Assembly: GCA_031406795.1 (NCBI GenBank)
Contig: JANOHV010000145.1
Coordinates: 1 to 52,949 of the forward strand
Origin: Candidatus Rokuibacteriota bacterium
Lineage (GTDB): Bacteria; JAUVQV01; DATDCY01
Direction: 5' to 3'
Length of the DNA: 52,949 nt
How positions within the stretch are numbered: the first letter of the stretch is position 1; each line of letters opens with the position of its first letter. Below the pieces are notes generated by a model. It had not been told where the DNA came from. It ran no database searches and was given only the letters and a program-made list of their open reading frames with translations. A program made the position numbers and the translations under genes. Positions 49,572 to 52,949 of this stretch are shown here, one piece after another.

Positions 49572-52500
49572 ATGACAAACGCCGCGACACACACCGGGAT
49601 CAGCCTTGTGCAGCTTACGATAGACGGCAGAGCCGTCGCAGCGCCGGAGGGCCGGTCGCTGCTCGATGCCGCGCTATCCGTCGGCATCGACGTCCCCCGT
49701 CTTTGCCACGATTCGCGGCTCAAGCCGGGCGCCCGGTGCGGGCTCTGCGTCGTCGAACTCGACGGCGCGGCAGAGCCGGTTCGGGCGTGCGAGACGCCGG
49801 CGGCCCCGGGCCAGGTTGTCCGCACCGCGACCCTCGCGCTCGCCGCGCTGCGGAAGAAGCGCCTCGAGGAGTACTTCGCCGACCACTGGGCCGACTGCAT
49901 CGCCCCCTGCACGCTCGCCTGCCCCGCGACCACCGACGCCCAGGGCTACATCGGGCTGATCGCCCAGGGTCGCTACCGGGATGCGGTCGAGCTGATCAAG
50001 CAGACCAACCCGTTCCCGGGGATCATCGGGCGGGTCTGCACCCGACCCTGTGAGGATGCCTGCCGCCGCAACCTCGTCGAGGAGCGGATCGGCATCTGTT
50101 TCCTCAAGCGCTTTGCGGCCGATTGCGACAAGACCTCGGCCGAGCGCTACCGCCCGGAGGTCAAACCGCCGAGCGGCAAACGTGTGGCGATCGTCGGTGG
50201 CGGACCGGCGGGGTTCTCCGCCGCCTGGTATCTGGCGCTCGAGGGTCATGCCGTCGTCATCTTCGAGGCGCTGCCGAAAGCCGGCGGCATGCTTCGCTAC
50301 GGCATCCCGGCCTACCGGCTGCCGAAGGACATCCTCGACGACGAGTTCGGCGAGGTGCTGCGCCTCGGCGTCGAGCTGCGCACCAACCAGCGTCTCGGGC
50401 GAGACTTCACGCTCGAGCAGCTGCGCGCCGACTACGACGCCGTGTTCCTCGGGCTGGGCGCCCAGGCCGGCACCGGACTCGGGCTGCCGGAGCTTCCCGG
50501 CGTGATGAGCGGCGTGGACCTGCTGCGCAACATCGGCCTCGGCGAGAAGATCGAACTCGGCAAGCGGGTCGCCGTGGTCGGCGGCGGCAACGTCGCGATC
50601 GACGCGGCGCGCAGCGCGCTGCGCCTCGGTGCCGAGAAGGTCTTCCTGATCTACCGGCGCGGCCGGGCCGAGATGCCCGCGCACCACGTCGAGATCGAGG
50701 AGGCCGAGCACGAGGGCGTTGAGCTGGTGCTGCTTGCGAACCCCGTGCGCCTCGTCGGCACGGAGCGGCTCGAGGGCGTCGAATGCATCCGGATGGCGCT
50801 TGGCGAGCCCGATGCCTCGGGACGGCGCAAGCCCGAGCCGCAGAAGGGCAGTGAGTTCATCATCGAGGTCGACAACCTTTTCGCGGCGATCGGCCAGGCC
50901 ATCGACGGCACCGGCGCCGAGGCCGTGATGAAGGGCAAGTACACCGGGGCCGACCTGGCGACCATGCAGACCGCGGTGCCGGGTGTCTTCGCCGCCGGCG
51001 ACGCGGCGACCGGACCGGACGCCGCGATCCGTGCCGTCGCCGGGGGGCGACTCGCGGCGCAGGCGATCTGCCAGCAGCTGCGCGGGGAGCCGATCGATCT
51101 CGGGCCGGCGAAACCCTTCAGCGCCGTCAAGGGCGGGGTCACGAAGGCCGATCTTGCGGTCGGCGAAGAGCGGCCGCGCCGGCCGATGCCGGTGCTCGAG
51201 CCGGTCGGCGCCCGCCTCGGGCGGGAGAACTTCACCGAGGTCGAGCTGGGCTACGGCGCCGAGGCGGCGCTGAGCGAGGCCCGGCGCTGCCTCGAGTGCG
51301 GGTGCATCAAGCAGAACGACTGCGATCTGCGCACCGCTGCAGTCGCCCACGGCGCCAGCCCGGGCGCGAACCACGCCGCGATGCGCCGCTACCGCCCGGA
51401 CGCCAGCCACCCGATCGTGCTGCGCGACCTGAACAAGTGCATCCAGTGCCTGAAGTGCGAGCGCATCTGCGCCGACGTCGTGGGCGCCTATGCGTTCGAG
51501 CACCGCAAGAAACAGAACGAGATCGTGCCGCGCGGCGGCGGCTCGCTGCGCGAGACCCGCTGTGAGGCCTGCGGGCAGTGCATTTCGACCTGCCCGACCG
51601 CGGCGCTCGTCGAGAACCGCCCGCCGTTCGCGCGCGAGTATCTCTGGCCGCCGAAACTCACGACCACCACCTGCGGCTACTGCGGCGTCGGCTGCCAGCT
51701 CGAGCTCAACACTGACCGCTCGGGCAAGGTTTTCCGCGTCACCGCGCAGACGGGCGACGACAGCGTCAACCGGGGCAACTTGTGCGGCAAGGGTCGCTTC
51801 GGCTACACGTTCATCAGCCACCCCGACCGGCTGACGACGCCGCTCGTGCGCCGCGAGGGCGAGCTGGTGCCCGCGAGCTGGGACGAGGCGATCGCCTTCG
51901 TCGCCGCCCGATTCAAGGAGGTCCGCGCCGCGTACGGTCCGGACGCGCTCGCCGGGCTGAGCTCGGCGCGCTGCACGAACGAGGACAACTACGTCTTTCA
52001 GAAATTCTTCCGCGCGGGGGTCGGCACGAACAACGTCGACCACTGCGCCCGACTCTGACACAGCTCCACGGTGGCCGGTCTGGCCACCGCATTCGGCAGC
52101 GGGGCGATGACGAACACCGTCGACGACCTGCTCGACGCCAAGGCGATCCTCGTGATCGGCTCGAACACGACCATTGCCCACCCGATCATCGGCTTCCAGA
52201 TCAAGAAGGCGGTGCGAGAGCGCGGCGCGAAACTCATCGTCGCGGACCCGCGGCGCATCCCGCTCGTGGATATCGCTTCGCTCTGGCTGCCGCTGAAGCC
52301 CGGCACGAACGTCGCGCTGATCAACGGCATCATGAACGTGATCCTCGCCGAGGGACTCGCGGACCGCGACTTCATTGCGGCGCGGACCGAGGGCTTCGCG
52401 GCTCTCGAGGAGGTGCTGCCGGGGTACCCGCCGGAGCGCGTCGAGCAGATTACCGGCGTTCCGGCCGAGGACATCCGCGCGGCCGCAAGACTCTACGCCG

Positions 52501-52949
52501 GCGGCGGGCCAGCGGCGATCTGCTACACGATGGGGATCACGCAGCACACGACGGGCACCGACAACGTGCTCTCTCTCGCGAACCTGGCAATGCTCACCGG
52601 CAACATCGGCAAGCGCGGCGCGGGCGTCAACCCGCTGCGGGGGCAGAACAACGTCCAGGGGGCCTGCGACATGGGCGGGTTGCCGAACTACTATACGGCG
52701 TACCAGAAGGTCGCGGACCCTGCGGCGCGCGCCAAGTTCGAGAAAGCCTGGGGGGTCGCGCTGCCGCCGGAGCCGGGGCGCACGCTCGGCGAAATCGTCG
52801 ACGGCGCACTCGCGGGCAGCGTGAAGGCGCTCTACGTGATGGGCGAGAACCCGCTCGTCTCCGACCCGGACATCGGGCACCTGCAGCACGCGCTCGAAAA
52901 GCTCGATTTTCTCGTCGTCCAGGACATCTTCCTGACCGAGACGGCGCGC
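49572..52949 (+). CDS. fdhF: GltD-like flavoprotein fused to selenocysteine formate dehydrogenase alpha subunit; UGA(Sec) at 52056-52058; truncated by window end
   Basis: 2Fe-2S, GltD-type CIAPC..ACP/CTRPCE..C, GGGPAG, GGGNVA.D, IYRR, 2x[4Fe-4S], [26 protein letters not shown]...[22 protein letters not shown] in the same frame after TGA. Confidence 0.93.
52069..52089 (+). promoter_or_regulatory. Bacterial SECIS hairpin
   Basis: cggtggcc-ggtct-ggccaccg starting 11 nt after TGA; GGUCU apex as in E. coli fdhF SECIS. Confidence 0.88.

Noticed and set aside
49674-52889. Long antisense/alternate-frame ORFs (also 22091-24973, 14346-16589, 34996-37236, 45570-47882)
   Set aside because: Typical high-GC codon shadows of real genes, Arg/Gly/Ala-rich with no motifs

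Overview
High-GC bacterial chromosomal window, probably from an anaerobic Deltaproteobacteria/Nitrospirota-like organism (inference from gene content only). Left to right: PAS hybrid kinase; YgiQ radical-SAM protein; PHP protein; decayed N-ATPase relic (atpD/atpC fragments split by a Tat-exported intradiol-dioxygenase-like gene and a DUF885 fragment); MgtC/DUF4010 protein; pabB-pabC fusion; an 11-subunit complex I operon (nuoABCDHIJKLMN, no nuoEFG); a divergent CbrX/CbrA/CbrB-like SLC5-kinase + sigma54 regulator; three toxin-antitoxin pairs; two DUF3786 paralogues, panG-like, ACT + DUF711, M23-like and folE; and a Wood-Ljungdahl cluster (acsB, cooS, fhs, acsV, cooC, folD, acsD, acsC, cooC2, acsE) followed by a GltD-fused selenocysteine formate dehydrogenase that runs off the window. 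The most unusual signal is a family of four 25-28 codon micro-ORFs that fill gene junctions inside operons; three end in a hairpin over the next gene's ribosome-binding site. Also notable: an inverted-repeat-bracketed structured region with NrdR/DnaA-box-like motifs between convergent genes, a structured 5' leader of the acs operon, and several palindromic repeat families. All calls are from reading the sequence by eye; no searches were run.
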